DNA of 64,000 bases, from assembly GCA_015680685.1 (NCBI GenBank), contig MNCI01000908.1, forward strand, positions 225,094 through 289,093. Reading direction: 5' to 3'. A program made the position numbers and the translations under genes. The stretch is from Gnetum montanum (Eukaryota; Plantae; Gnetophyta). Under the pieces are notes generated by a model that was not told the origin of the DNA, made no database searches, and worked only from the letters and a program-made list of their open reading frames with translations. Shown here piece by piece: positions 1 through 13,890 of this stretch; position 1 is the stretch's first letter; each line of letters opens with the position of its first letter.

Positions 1-2365
1 AAGGTAGGTATTTCTAGATTACAAAATTGCTGTAAAGGCTTACATTCCATCAATCATCTACCATCATAACCATTCCCTAAAGTAACAACCATCGATACTA
101 TAACTAAGTTCTTCTCTATATGCTAATAAAGGAAATAAAATAGATACTAAATAACGTACAATTGACTAAGTTATAATCTCTACTTCAATATTAGTAATGT
201 GCTCCTTCATTTGATTGGAAATGAAATAAGATATTAGAGTTAATTTTGTACGTGTAGCATCTACACTTCTACCATTATCACATCAACCACTATAAAATGG
301 CATATCTAGAGATAATAACATAAATTAAAGAAATCATCAAATATGTTCTCTATTATCAATTTCTAATATCCTTCTTTCTATCCATAGATTAGAGAGAATT
401 ATGTTGGATATAAAATATCTAATGAATGATTATTCATGGAAAGAGAAGAAATATTAAAATAAACTAATGAAAGAATAATAAATAGAAAGGAAATATGGAA
501 ATAATTGGACCAAAAAAAAAAGAAAATATGTTAAAAAATAAATAGTATGAAATACAATTAAATATAATAAATATATAAAAGTCGAAAAATCTAACGTCAA
601 ACTAAATATAGACAATGGCATAAAAATGTATGGATTAAAGCATAACCAAAAGTATCCAACTGTACAAATACATGTTGAATAATACATAAAAATAATTCAT
701 GATTTGAAGCATCATTGATGAAAAGGAATAATTGATATATATCCATATCATTTCATAATATTCCAATAGAATAGATAGACTAAAGCTACAAAATATGCAT
801 GCATATAATCCAAATATTAGTAGAAATTATTAATTGATATTCTTGCATCACTATGTCTAGTGATTTGAAAAGAAAAAAGGTGGTTAGTATACACTGAGTA
901 AGAAACATTATCATCATCTATTACTGAATCTAGGGTAAGTATTATGATAACTTTTTAAAGATATGCTAGCCTATATCACAAGTTAGTAAGCATAACCAAT
1001 CCAAACCCTTATATATTACATATCATACATTAATCTAAGTAATAAATGAGAACCTAATCAAACTAAATTTTCCACTTATAGCCATCATGCTACAATCAAG
1101 GAAGCTACCATGCACTGCAATCAATTTTAAATATATGAATTATTATCATGATTACTTTATAAGCCAAATCCCAAATGACCGTGTATATGAATTTATTTAT
1201 TACTTTTAAAAAAGGCTACTAATGCTCGAGGCATTACCTAGGACTTAACTTTAATAATCTAGAGGCATTAAACAATGGACTAATGAGCCATGGATCATTC
1301 TCACATGTAGGATGAGGCCTACACTAATAGCCATGTAATGTATTCCATTAGGAATCAAATAGCCATGTAATAGCCATGTAATACATCAAAATGTTAGCTT
1401 CTTAGAAGCACTAAAGCATACAATCATCTAAATAGACACAAACCAAACCCTAATGGTTTAGGATCACTACCAATAGCCAATAATTCCAAATACTTGAAGG
1501 CTCTAATAACAACTAATAATTGACTCCAATATTACTTTTGATAATACGAAAGGAAAACTTGGAAAATATCTAAGAACTTAAGTCACAACCAACCAAATAG
1601 CATTAAATGAATTTCAAAGGCATCAAGACATAAAAATTACACTCCAATGGCAAGATAGACTCAAAAGTCATAGAATTTAAACACCATGACCTCACCCTAA
1701 GTCATGATAGCTATTCAAAACCTTATCATGACTTGATCATAACTTGTAGTTTTCTCAAAGAAACTACTAGCTAAAATTATAAAAATTAACTTAATCAAAA
1801 TCTTACCAAAACTCATGATGATTGACTAGAATTTGACCATGAAATATGATTAACTAAAAATTAGTTAGAATGACTCAAAACTATAAGCATAGTAAAAAAG
1901 AAGCTTAACTATAACTTCATCATGACCTATGCTAGCTAATCATGACTTATATATGATCTCATCATGAATTATAAAATTAGAGGATTTCTGTAATAAAGAT
2001 TGAAATTGCAATATAAGATAAATGAATTAGCTATGACCTATGGATTATAGACTTACTAATTAACTAAAATATGGGTTACAAGCTCACTAATTTATTTTTT
2101 ATTGGTTGGTCTAATGGGTAATGGTAGAATCTCTTAAATTATTTTAGTTAACTATTTAGATTTATGTTTATTAGATACACTATTTTGTTTTATACTATTT
2201 TTATCAAGTTTTGATTATAGCTAACACTAACTGTCCAACTACCTAACACCTCCAATGAAATCCATAAGTATTTATTAATTTACTTATCTAACATACTCTT
2301 AGGAATGATTTCCTTGGTTTATATAATTTTTAGGTAAGTATGTTAACTTATATAAAAAGGATTTA

Positions 2366-2540
2366 TGTAATGTCTCGTTCTTGTTAAGGGTGAAAACAAA
2401 TTGTAACAATGTAATTAACCTTCAATTGAAGGGTCACCTCATTATGAGCAGTTACAATTATTCATGTATCCCTCAGGAGGGGGTTTGACCTATGCCATCT
2501 AAGGTTGGGTTCAAAGGTCATTCCAGCATGGAGTTGTGAA
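2366..2540 (+). repeat. Element A 5' LTR (only the first ~175 bp match the 3' LTR; the rest and the PBS are missing)
   Basis: Visible alignment to 10061-10225; similarity stops after GGAGTTGTGAAG. Confidence 0.75.
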
Positions 2541-3889
2541 GTTAGAGTTTGGGAGATACAACATTTCTCAAGTTCAGTACAATTATAAAATTAAAAAAAA
2601 AATCTTTTAACTTTTAAATTTTTTTAAATATATATAGAAAAAGGTAGGTAAGAGGTCTCAAGTTCAACCCCAAGCCCATATCTTTTAAAAATTTAAGTTT
2701 TAATTTAAAAGAAACCTTGGCAAGGCCATGACCAACCCTACTATCAATCGCAATCAGCCTTGCTACTAGCCATGACTAGCCTTGCTACCTACTATTGTTG
2801 GGCCTTGCTACCCACCATCAATCATAGGTTTTCCTATTATCAACAATGCCACCAATCATAAGCACCCTTACAACTAACAATGACGTTGATCATAGATACC
2901 CCCTATCCTCCAGCAATGCCAATCATAGGCACCCTCTGGCACCTCCCAATGTTGTGCTAAAAAGAATCCTCAATGATAAAAATCCTAGAAATTTCCTATA
3001 GCACTACCCTTTGAATGGTCATGTTGGCCCTAGGTCTACCCTACTAGGGCAATGTTGGCCCAAGGCTTGGTGCATAGGCCTAGCAAAGGGCCGTGCATGC
3101 CCTAAATAGGTCACTGGAGTAGAACCTTGCAATCACTGAAATTACGTTGGCACACACGGCCACAGCGTCAACCTACAAAGTCATAGTGGACTCGACCATG
3201 TTAGTGGTGATGCCCTCCCAGCACAACCCCCACTATAGCCAACATTCATGTTTCTTATCAGTATCAATGTTGCCCAACAACCACGTAGGTCACTGCTAGT
3301 GTGCCACTGTGCACATTACTGCAATTGACATGAAACAATAAATTTTCTATTACCTAAAGGAAAATTTTAAATTCTCATCAACAGACAAAAAAATTGAGAT
3401 TTTTTTTAATTGATGGACAATTCAAAATTCTATCATCAAACCATTATTTTAAATTAAAAAATGTGCAAAAATAAAAGCTTTATCGTTAAGCACACTCATT
3501 CTAGAGTAGAACTAGGATGGATAACCTCTTAGGAATTCTCAAAAACCATGTAAGTTTTTGGAAATTTAAAATAGCCATAATTTTTAAATTTGGAGTCCAT
3601 TTTCAACCAAACAAAAATCAATTCCAACAAATTAAAACCTTCCAAATGTAATGTAATTATCAGATTTAGCTTTTTGATTATAGAAAATTAGCTTTTTAAT
3701 CCATTATTTAAGGTTCTAAAATAATTAGGATTCATCTCAAGAAGAAATCCATGATAGTTTTAATCTCTACTGCAATTGATTAACTATTTTGAGACCCATA
3801 AAATGGCCATAGAGGCCAAGGATTACTAACATAACTAATTTCTTCAACTTAGCGATGTTTGGAACCCAAACAAGAAATTGAAGAATAAC

Positions 3890-5480
3890 GATGGCTTGAG
3901 TCAATGACTGGATGAATGTCCTTGAATATCAAATTATGAGATCAAAGGTGTTTAAGAAGAGCTTCATCAATCAAATTAAGGGTTCAGGAAAGATATGCAA
4001 CATATGTCTAAGGAAATTAGGAAATTATCCCAAAGTTCATAGGATAAATGATCAGATGCAAGAAAAGATAGATTCCTTTGAAGACACCATTAAGCAACTA
4101 AACAACCATCTCACTTAGCCTTTAAATCATACCCACATTCCACCTAGATACCAACACCAAGATCAAGATCAACTTTTCCCTATGGATCCACACAAAAACC
4201 ATCCCCCACCTACTAGTCACCAGGATACCAAAATCCCACCTTTAGGCCATAGAATAGAAATTAAAGATGAGGGATATGGGAACTAGCTTAATCCACCTAG
4301 AGAATTGCTGACACAAGTTTATGCCAAAAAAATAAAATTAGATCATTATGATGTAGCCCTTGTATTTAGTGCCAAGGTGAAGGATTGGTTTAATATAATG
4401 AATAATTACTTTGATATGTTGAATTTGTCAAGTCAAGAACGTCTAGAATTTGTCTTCCTATATTTAAGAGGACTTATGGCAATATGGTAGAATGGAATAA
4501 TTTGCATCTAATTCTTTCCTCAAAGAGCACAAAATAATATTTGATTCCTTAATATTGGTAAGGTGATCCATAGAGGATTACTACAAAGAATTCTGTGATC
4601 TCTCTCGGTATGTAAGCCACTAGGATGAGGGAGAGTTAGCTTCAAAGTTCATTGGTGGACTACATAATCCACTGTGTCCCCAGACTTGAGCACATAATCC
4701 TTAAATAGTGGATGAAGCATACAAAATTTCTAAGGATTATAAAGAATCAAATCAAGTATGAGCTACCGTTTGTTACGCAATCCTTCAAAAAACTACCATT
4801 CCACAAGTAATAGTAGAAGAAACACTAACCAAAAGAGCTCAATCGGGATTGAGATTTTTTTTTTGTGATGAGGATTATTTTAAATAAGACTATCCAAAAT
4901 TACAAGCAAATATACCAAGAAAAAATGAAATCATGAATTAAAAATCGAATCCAAATATGAACAAAGGAAAAATCCCAACCACCACCACCACCATGAAGAA
5001 GATAACTACATCAACTAAATCAAGTTTGCATAAATTTCAATTTGCTTTACTAATTTTTGAAGATTTACTTAAAGGTAAAAATTACATTTTTTATTAATAG
5101 TGGTGCTAGTGATAACTTTATTTCTCCAAAGTTAATTAGTTTCTTGAAATTAAGTTTTCCTTCCAAGAAAATTATTAAGATAGAACTTGCAAATGGAACA
5201 ATAGTGAGCAAGCACACTAGGTACAGAGAAATCACCTTTACTTTATAAGACATTTATTTTGTTAATGAATTATTTGAATTTAAACTAGGTGATGTCAATG
5301 CAATTTTAAGAATATGTTTCCTACAAAAATTTGATATTACTACCCACTTTGGAACTCGTATTTTAAAAGTCCTAACCACTAATGGAGTCAGGGTTCTAAG
5401 GGAGGTAGGAACAACGAAAAAAATTCATACAATAACCATTAAGCAAGCTAAAATATTATTCAAAGAAGGTGCAACAATGT
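3890..5480 (+). pseudogene. Element A gag and aspartic protease remnant
   Basis: Gag-like VKDWF...YF...LSSQERLEFVFLYLRG.AxIW; protease FFI(N/D)SGASDNFIS...IELANG; many stops. Confidence 0.75.
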
Positions 5481-6957
5481 AGAACAAATGTGGGATTCCT
5501 TAGACTCAAGAATAGAAACAGTCTTAAAAATTGTAGAAGATTCTAAGGTAGAGCAAGGTAGTGACAAAGGCAAAACCAAGCGGAGAAACTTAAGCCCTAC
5601 ACATAACAAAGGTAAAGGGAAAATTCCTATCCCTGATGAGGCTGTAAATTCTAATTCAGACAATGATAGTGGATGTGAGGTCTGCTACTATGACCATCCT
5701 AAGGGATGTTACCCAATTATCTCACATCTACAGGAGTCTGGGATGTATGCATTAAATCCAAGACCTAATCAACGGCAAACACCCCGAAGGTTACCTTACC
5801 CACAAGGTAACCCAAGGCAGTTCCACCAACCCTTGACATATTATCCAAGTGGAACGCNNNNNNNNNNNNNNNNNNNNNNNNNNNNNNNNNNNNNNNNNNN
5901 NNNNNNNNNNNNNNNNNNNNNNNNNNNNNNNNNNNNCGCGAGAGCTGTAAATATTCAGCATGTAAATATCCAACCAGGTGCTAGTTCTGGCGACAACTAT
6001 ACAAAGAAGAGATCTTTTTTCAGGACTAGGAGCCCGGACAAACTCTCAAAACAACAGGCGGACGGGTACATGTATAGGCCTCTAACCACTAACGCTTCGG
6101 AGAACCCTTCAGTCCAAAAGAGCGTAACGCATACAGTTATGTTAACACATACCATAACTGACTAGATCAAGGTAGGCCACCTTCCCAGGAAACTAACTGA
6201 CCCTGGGAGTCCCTTTATTTATTTGTAGATCACTGGAAATGCACCACATCGAGCTCTTCTTGACTCAGGTTCCGGAGTCAACTTAATTTTGCAAAAGATG
6301 TATCACGCCTGGAACCTGCCACAACTTAAGAAGAGCAATATCCAACTAGAGCTGGCAGACCAGTCCATCACCATTCCCTTAGGATTGGTGGAGGATGTTA
6401 TCACCACTATGTGTGGTTGGTCCTACCCAGCGAATTTTCTAGTGATCGAAGTTAACAACAACAAAGGGGACTTCCAAATTATAATGGGAAGGGCATGGCT
6501 AAGCACAATTGACGCATGCCTTGGGATCCCAATTATAAGGGAATGGATCTGGAGCAAACACTTGGAATGGAGTAGTGCTGAAGCAGCTATGCAAGAAGTA
6601 GGATGGATAATGTGCTTACGGATGGACAACGGAAGGCACAATCTAGGTGTTGGCAGCAGCAAGACTATTCTCTCTTCTCCTCTTCTATTCTCTCTCCTCT
6701 TTTCTCTCAGCTACCAAATGTGGCCTGATGTCATTGTAATAAGGTGTTCACCCTTGTTGTCATGAATACCAGTCTTGTCAAGTCTTGTAATAATGAACCG
6801 TTCACATGTCATTCCATTAGTTCCATTTCCCTCAATAATCCCATACCTACCTAATATCATTGTAAGGAACTCGAGGACGATTTTTCATTCAGTCATGGGG
6901 GTATGATGAGACGTGATATGCACAAGCCGCAATATCGCATACGCAATATCGCATCCT
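5481..6957 (+). mobile_element. Element B1: 5'-truncated, internally deleted Athila-family fragment (gag end, protease, 3' UTR, PPT, start of 3' LTR at 6904)
   Basis: MWDSLDSRIETVLKIVEDSK...KGKGK...NSNSDNDSGCEVC matches B2 ORF 51586-51801. Protease ALLDSGSGVNLI...IIMGRAWLSTIDA matches 50386-50770. CATGGGGGTA is followed by TGATGAGACGTGATAT, matching the LTR start at 61609. Confidence 0.85.
5858..5936. other. Assembly gap (N run)
   Basis: Run of N. Confidence 1.
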
Positions 6958-7607
6958 NNNNNNNNNNNNNNNNNNNNNNNNNNNNNNNNNNNNNNNNNNN
7001 NNNNNNNNNNNNNNNNNNNNNNNNNNNNNNNNNNNNNNNNNNNNNNNNNNNNNNNNNNNNNNNNNNNNNNNNNNNNNNNNNNNNNNNNNNNNNNNNNNNN
7101 NNNNNNNNNNNNNNNNNNNNNNNNNNNNNNNNNNNNNNNNNNNNNNNNNNNNNNNNNNNNNNNNNNNNNNNNNNNNNNNNNNNNNNNNNNNNNNNNNNNN
7201 NNNNNNNNNNNNNNNNNNNNNNNNNNNNNNNNNNNNNNNNNNNNNNNNNNNNNNNNNNNNNNNNNNNNNNNNNNNNNNNNNNNNNNNNNNNNNNNNNNNN
7301 NNNNNNNNNNNNNNNNNNNNNNNNNNNNNNNNNNNNNNNNNNNNNNNNNNNNNNNNNNNNNNNNNNNNNNNNNNNNNNNNNNNNNNNNNNNNNNNNNNNN
7401 NNNNNNNNNNNNNNNNNNNNNNNNNNNNNNNNNNNNNNNNNNNNNNNNNNNNNNNNNNNNNNNNNNNNNNNNNNNNNNNNNNNNNNNNNNNNNNNNNNNN
7501 NNNNNNNNNNNNNNNNNNNNNNNNNNNNNNNNNNNNNNNNNNNNNNNNNNNNNNNNNNNNNNNNNNNNNNNNNNNNNNNNNNNNNNNNNNNNNNNNNNNN
7601 NNNNNNN
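6958..7607. other. Assembly gap (N run, 650 bp), probably the rest of the B1 3' LTR
   Basis: Run of N directly after the LTR start. Confidence 0.95.
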
Positions 7608-9876
7608 TGAATATCTTGATCATTTTGTTATAGTATTTATGGATGGTATACTTGTTTATTCTAAGTCAAGAGAAGAACATGTCAAACATTTGAAAATTAC
7701 AATGAAAATTCCTAAAGAGCAACAGTTGAAAGCTAAATTGAGTAAATGTGAACTCTTTAAGGAAAAATTTTCATAATTGGACCATATAGTTTCTAAAAAA
7801 GGATTGCAAGTAGATCCAGAAAAGGTTAGTGTAATTTAGGACTAGCCTGAATTAAAAGATGCTACAACATTTTGTAGTTTTCTAGGCTCAACAAGTTTTT
7901 ACTGATGTTTCATTAAAGATTATTCTACTTTAGTAGCCCTCTTGATTGACCTTTTGTAGGAAAAGTGTGTGTTCAAGTTTGATGAAAAATGCAAGAAAGC
8001 TTTCCCAAGATTAAAGATGCTACTCACAACATCACCTATTCTAAGAATTCTAGATGAAGAATTATCATTTGAAGTATCCATAGATGCCTATGGAATAGGA
8101 ATTGGTGTAGTTCTTTCACAAGAAGATAAAGTGGGTATGTTATGAATCTCGTAAATTATGAGGAGTTGAGGTAAATTACTCAACCAATGATTTAGAATTA
8201 CTAGCAATTGTTCATGCTTTGAAAGTTTAGAGACATTATCTTTGTGGAAAAATGTTTGTACTAAAAATAGATCATAAAATTTTAGAATAATTATAGAGAT
8301 AGCCTATTTTGAATACTCATCAATGATAATGGGTAGAATTATTGAATGAATATGATTTTGAAATCAAATATATTTCTAGTAAACAAAATGTGGTAGTCAA
8401 TGCCCTTTGTTGAATGTGGAACTTGATGATAGGTGTGGTAATGACCCCTATGAAAGAAGAAATAAAAGAACAAATAAAAGAAGATCCTTATTTTAAGAAG
8501 ATTTTAACGAATATTTCCTCTAAGCCTCAATATCAAGTTGCTTCTAATGGTTTATTAATGAAAGGACAAAGAGTGTGCATACTAGAAGGATATTGGAGAT
8601 TAAGGTTGTTGTGTGAAGCACATGAAGTACCATATGCAAGACACCTAGGTTATATTAGAACTTATATGATGATACGTAAATCTTATTTTTGGCCTAGAAT
8701 GAAAAATGATGTGTCCTTGTTCATTAAAAACTATTCAACATGCCAAAGAATAAAATATAAATAAAAGAAGCCTAATGGGTTATTACAACCTCTAAAAGTT
8801 CCAACATAAAAATGAGAAGACGATACCATGGATTTCATTGTGGGATTGTCAATAACCAAAAAGAGAGATGACTCAATTTTGGTAGTGGTTGATCATCTAT
8901 CAAAGATGGCAAATTTTATAGCTTTGAAATCTACAAACATAGCCAAAGAAGTAGTCCAAAAATTCATAAGCAAAGTATTTCAATTACATGGATGTCTAAA
9001 ATTTATCACCTCATACTAAGATCCCAAGTTCATATCCAAATTTTGACAAAATTTCTTCAAAGAGCTTACAACCTAATTGAAATTTAGCACAACTTACAAC
9101 CCTAATACCAAGGGGAAAATTGAACATGTGAATAGAATATTAGAAGATATCCTATGAAGCTATGTTGGGAGTAGACCAAAAATGTGGGAGAATTACTTAG
9201 ACATGGCAAAAGTTTCCTATAATAATAATTATCAAGGTTCCATACATCGAATGCCATTTGAAGTAGAATATGGACAAAACTATTGTACACCACTAACCTA
9301 GGTAGATCCAACCTTAAGAATATAAGGGAAGGAAGAAGAAATGAAAATAATGGAAAAAAAATTTCATGAGAGTTAAAAAAAATCTACAAGCTACCTAGGA
9401 TAAATATAAGGGATATGTAGATCAACATCAACTAAAGAAAGAATTCCATGTGGGAGATCAAGTATTACTAAGAGTTAAATCCACCAAAAGTTCTCTTGAA
9501 CTTTGAGAATATACTAAATTGGCACCTTGATATTGTGGACCTTTTGAAGTTTCTAAAAGAATTGGTGAAGTTGCATATCAATTAAATCTTCCAACAACCT
9601 TAAAAATTTACCTAGTTTTCCATGTAATTTTGCTGAAGAAATTTCATGAAAATAATGTTTCATAAGTGATGGACAGAATACTGTGCCATTATGATTCAAC
9701 GCTAGCTATGAAGTTAAACCCATTGCAATTAAGAACCAATGAATCAAGAAGTTATGAAATAAAACTATCAGTGAAGTACTTGTTCAATGGTCAAATTGTG
9801 ATCAGTTGACTTGGGAAAATAGGAAGATTATTTTAAATACTTATTCCCAACTTTTTGATCATCATGATATTAAATG
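7608..9876 (+). pseudogene. Element A pol remnant: RT C-terminus, RNase H, integrase, chromodomain
   Basis: YLDHFVIVFMDGILVYSKS (YxDD region); DAYGIGIGVVLSQ and ELLAIVHALK..RHYL; HEVPYARHLG; MDFIVGL..VVDHLSKMANF; YCGPF; C-terminal YEVKPIAI..KKL.NKTISEVLVQWS..LTWE (group II chromodomain). Confidence 0.9.
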
Positions 9877-10060
9877 ATAACTTGTATTTATTATTAATGT
9901 AATAAATTATGTTTTATGATTTTTGATATTTTATTTGTATATATGATAATGAGGATAATAAAGCAGCTAAAGGTAAGAAGAAAAATGAGGAAACAACAAC
10001 TGAGCAGTTAGATATAGAGGAAGCACTCGAGGATGAGCTAGATGCTTAAGGGGGATAGAT

Positions 10061-10555
10061 TGCAATGTTCCATCTCTTGTTAAGGATGGAAACAAATTAT
10101 AACAACATAATTAACCTTCACCTCATTATGAGGAGTTACGATTACTCATGTATCCCTTGAGAATGGGTTTTACCAATGCTAGTTAAGGCCAAGTTTAGAG
10201 GTCATGCAGGCATAGAGTTATGAAGCCTGGAAAGGTAAGTGATGAGAGCCGAGTGAAGCAGGACAAGAAGGGACTAATCACCCCTTTGGTTGGACAACCT
10301 AACTATGGTGGCAATGCCAGATTGACTCTAAAGTTTAAGTGACATGGGAAGACAACCCATAGGATGATACAATACTTTCTTCTATTAATATAATTTTTCT
10401 ATTTTTCTTTCCTAGTCTACAATACCTATTATTTATTTACTAGTTAATTCATTTATTAAGTATTTATGATGTTTCCATTATATTATTTAATAAAATGATG
10501 AATGCGATAAATTAAGTGATCATGTTTTTACGAAATCCAGAACTAGGATGTCACG
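10061..10555 (+). repeat. Element A 3' LTR
   Basis: Follows PPT at 10048-10059; TG start; GATGTCAC end. Confidence 0.8.
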
Positions 10556-10971
10556 ATTTTGCTAATGATTAATTCATGTTTTTGACAAGTTTTATTAATA
10601 TTCAGACTATAATGGTGAACTAGAATTATGGATTTAATATTAATTATGGGACTTGTGTAATATTTTATGTATTTTTTATATAAGTTAATTTTTTTTAAAT
10701 GTTGTTTATGTTGCATATCTTTATGCATTTATTACTTTCATCTAATTATGTAGCATTAGTGTTCAATGCCTATTGGATGTAATTGTAGATGGATTTTTCA
10801 CATTTTTCTCATGTTGTTCATTAGATCTTAATGTATTTTATAGTTTTAATTAGTTATGCTTTCTTTAGTTTTGGTTGTTATTTCCCCACATTTGTGATTT
10901 TTAATTTCTAGCATGGAAAAATAGGTTATGTCCTATTTTGGTAGTGAATAGATTAGGTTTCGTGGAGTAGG

Positions 10972-11152
10972 TTCACTCTAATAATTAATCACCTTCAAAT
11001 ACTACATCTTGATATTATGCAAAGATCAAAATGTTTTACTAGAAAATTAGAAAAATAGCTATCTTTAATTATAAAAGGAAAAGATTAAAATATAATAGAT
11101 ACCAAATCCAAGGATCCAACACACTCTCACACATTAACACTATGAGGCTCTA
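10972..11152 (-). mobile_element. Orphan 5' leader and partial PBS of a C-family (CRM-like) element
   Basis: Aligns with 38815-39004 (AATCACCTTCAA...GATATTATG.AAAGAT...CTAGAAAA.TAGAAAA.TAGCTATCTTTAATT...AGGCTCTA). Confidence 0.7.
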
Positions 11153-13890
11153 TGATGCAAGGGTTGCATCTTGATAGACCCCAATAAGACCCAATCTACA
11201 ACTTTCAAACATATCTAGCTAAGAAAAATAGAATAACACAATAAAATAGAGAAAATATTTCATATATTGAGAAAATTCTTAAAATACATAGAAAATACAT
11301 TAAAGATGAGGAGCCAAGCTCAACTCACAACTCTCCCAAGGATCTGAGAGGCCACACTTGTCCCCTCTCAATCCTCAATTCCACACAATGGAGCCCAAGC
11401 TCAAGATGAGAGACACTTATAAGAGATTCTCCTAAGCTCTCTCAAGTGCTCTTCCTTGTCTATCACTCAACTTCCTTGCACAATCTCTCCTTCCTTAAAT
11501 TTCATGAGCCTTCTCTCCTAATCATGGCTAGGGTTATGCTCTTTCTTGCCCCAAAAATGAGGAATTACATCAATTTTGATAAGAAACTGGAAGATAAAAA
11601 TCCTAGAAACATTTCCTTAACTCATCTTGAGATTCTTTAGTTGTTTCCCAAGTATTCACATCCTCTCCCAGGTTATTTCTATCTTTCTTTGGCTAAATCC
11701 ATCTTGCTTTGGCTATTTCCTAAATTGGAACGGGTGTTTCAAAAGTTTCACCATGCATCTGAGTCATCTTTGGCTTTGTTGGGATGTCTCCTATAGAAAC
11801 CTAGTTTTCAGGTGGAATGTCTACTATTTTCTAGAATATCCTATTTGGTCTTGCGACGTCCAAAATTTTGGTGTGACATCCCACTTTCTAGTGAGACATC
11901 TCACCTACAAATGCCAAACACAAAATTGCTCAGTTTGATATCTAGAACCTCTAGATGCCTCCAAAAAAGTTCCCATAGATCCTAGAACCCCCTAAACTCA
12001 TCAAAATGAGCCCAAAACATCCAAGAATTATCCTTAACCAAGCACCACAAAAAGACACATAGCAACTAGTGTAGATGAAGGGGATTGGAAGAGATGTCCC
12101 TACACCAGCTTTCCCACCCTCAAAAATGTAATGATTTATGACTTTTCATAAGCTGGAAGGTACCATGCCCCCATGACTTAAGGCCAACATAATAAGCATG
12201 ACTCCATGCATTACAAACATGAGAGTGAGTATCACCTAATGTTTTTTCTTTGAGCTTCGCTTGCCCATGGAGGCTTGTCCTAATGCCCCACCATGCTTTC
12301 TTTATTTGAGTATCTCCTTGGAATGCTTCCCTTGCATCACCATAATAACTCAAACATGTAACAAAGAAAAAATAAGAAAAAGAAAAATTATTATTCTTTC
12401 TTAATTCAACATGCCTTCTTCTCTTCTATTTCCTCTTCTTCACCTTTTTCTTAATGTATTTGGAAGACTACCACTTAGCTTCCTTTCATCATGATCATGT
12501 AGATTTCCTTCATGCTGCATTTTCATTTTACAGCCAAGACAATCAAATCCATCAACACACTTCACAAATTTATCATTGCTATAATCAATATCAAGCATCT
12601 TGAAATTTTGGAAAATCATATCATTATCAATATCTTCACTTACATCAATAATGGCCTTCTCACAATGACTATCCTAATAGCCATCATCATGAAACAATTT
12701 ACCATTATTAGTCTTCCTCTCACTAACAATGACATCAAAAGTTACAACATGACTCTCAATCCCATCATAATCACAACAATGATCATGATGCTCATCATTA
12801 CCATTGAATAAACCACCACCAACCTGATGTGAAAAACTAGCATCCAACAAACTAGGTTTCACATAAGAGACATTACTACCATTTGTAGGGTAACGCTTAG
12901 ACTCACTTACCTCTTCATGGCTTCTCTTATCCATCTTTGGTTGAACTTGATCGTGTGGCCATCCACTCGCATCAAAGCTTGAAGGTTGAATATTCCAAAT
13001 AGGAGTTTTCAATTCCAATGACTTCTCCTCTCATCAACAAGCTCTTCATTCTACTTCGGAGATACCAACCCAAAAGCTAAACTCTCCTCCATAGTTTTGA
13101 CATCAATTTCATCAAAAACATCATTAAATAATTTATTCATTCACATACCTTATCTAGAAGACTCACCTCACTCCCATGAGATAGTCTCAACTTGACTTAG
13201 AATCTCCTTTCCCTTGCCACAAGTTGTAGAAAAATTCTAAGAAGAATGAGTATCATACCTTCTAACACTATTCTTCACCATCCTTAAAGAAGTCCCTTGA
13301 TCTTTGTCACTTTCTTGGCTTTGATCCTTCACCTCCCATGAATCACAAGGTAGGAACTCTCCTTGATTAGTACCATACACTAACTTGGACTTTGAACATC
13401 CCTTGGTCCCTTTTATGAAGCTCTTAGTTCCCTTACTTGAAGCCCTTGAGTATTGAGCACTTATTTTCTTAATAAGAGATACTTGAGAACTCCTTTTCTC
13501 ATTGATCTTTACTTCATTAGATCCTTAATATTCCTTTCTTTTAGATGCCTAGAAGATATTCTATCAATTCTCCTAAAAATATTTCCCATGTTAGTCTTGA
13601 ATTTCTCCATATTCCTTTCTAAAGTTTTTGCAAAATCTTGGTGCTTGTGGACCTTTACTTTGGAAAGAACTTCTTGCATTTTAGCCATGAAAGCTTTCAA
13701 GAAGTCATTAAAACTCTTGAAGCTCTTTTCAAAGCTCTTGATATGTCTTTTTCATTGGAGTCATACCTTTAAACCTTCACTTTGATACCAATCTGATGCA
13801 GGGGTCTTGCATCTCAATAGACCCTATTAGAATCCAATCCAAAACTTTCAAATAAATCTAGCTTAAAAAAATACAATAATACAAATCTAG
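11153..13890 (-). mobile_element. Element E: non-autonomous CRM-like LTR element (3' LTR 11153-12106, 1.7-kb internal region without pol, tRNA-Met PBS, truncated 5' LTR 13795-13890)
   Basis: LTR termini on - are TGGTGTAGGG...TGCATCA. PPT complement GCTTTCCCACCCTC lies at 12108-12121 and PBS complement CTTTGATACCA at ~13780-13790. 13795-13880 repeats 11153-11240. Confidence 0.8.

Larger units (their letters stand above)
2366..10555 (+). mobile_element. Element A: degenerate Ty3/Gypsy chromovirus (Tekay-like) LTR retrotransposon
   Basis: LTR start TGTAATGTC at 2366 aligns with TGCAATGTT at 10061, which follows PPT TAAGGGGGATAGA. The end GGATGTCAC(G) is at 10555. Near-TSD is ATTTA (2361-2365) vs ATTTT (10556-10560). 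Gag, PR, RT, RH, INT and chromodomain remnants lie in order. Confidence 0.85.

Noticed and set aside
1-900. Coding-like - strand remnant and ORF 454-687
   Set aside because: Too degraded to assign; ORF 454-687 is AT-rich noise.
6889-7776. Long ORFs of 235-287 aa in the track
   Set aside because: Artefacts of translating the N gap.
9943-10049. Short acidic frame (DNEDNKAAKGKKK...EDELDA) before A's PPT as a spliced tail exon
   Set aside because: No intact GT/AG; purine-rich pre-PPT DNA readily gives such frames.
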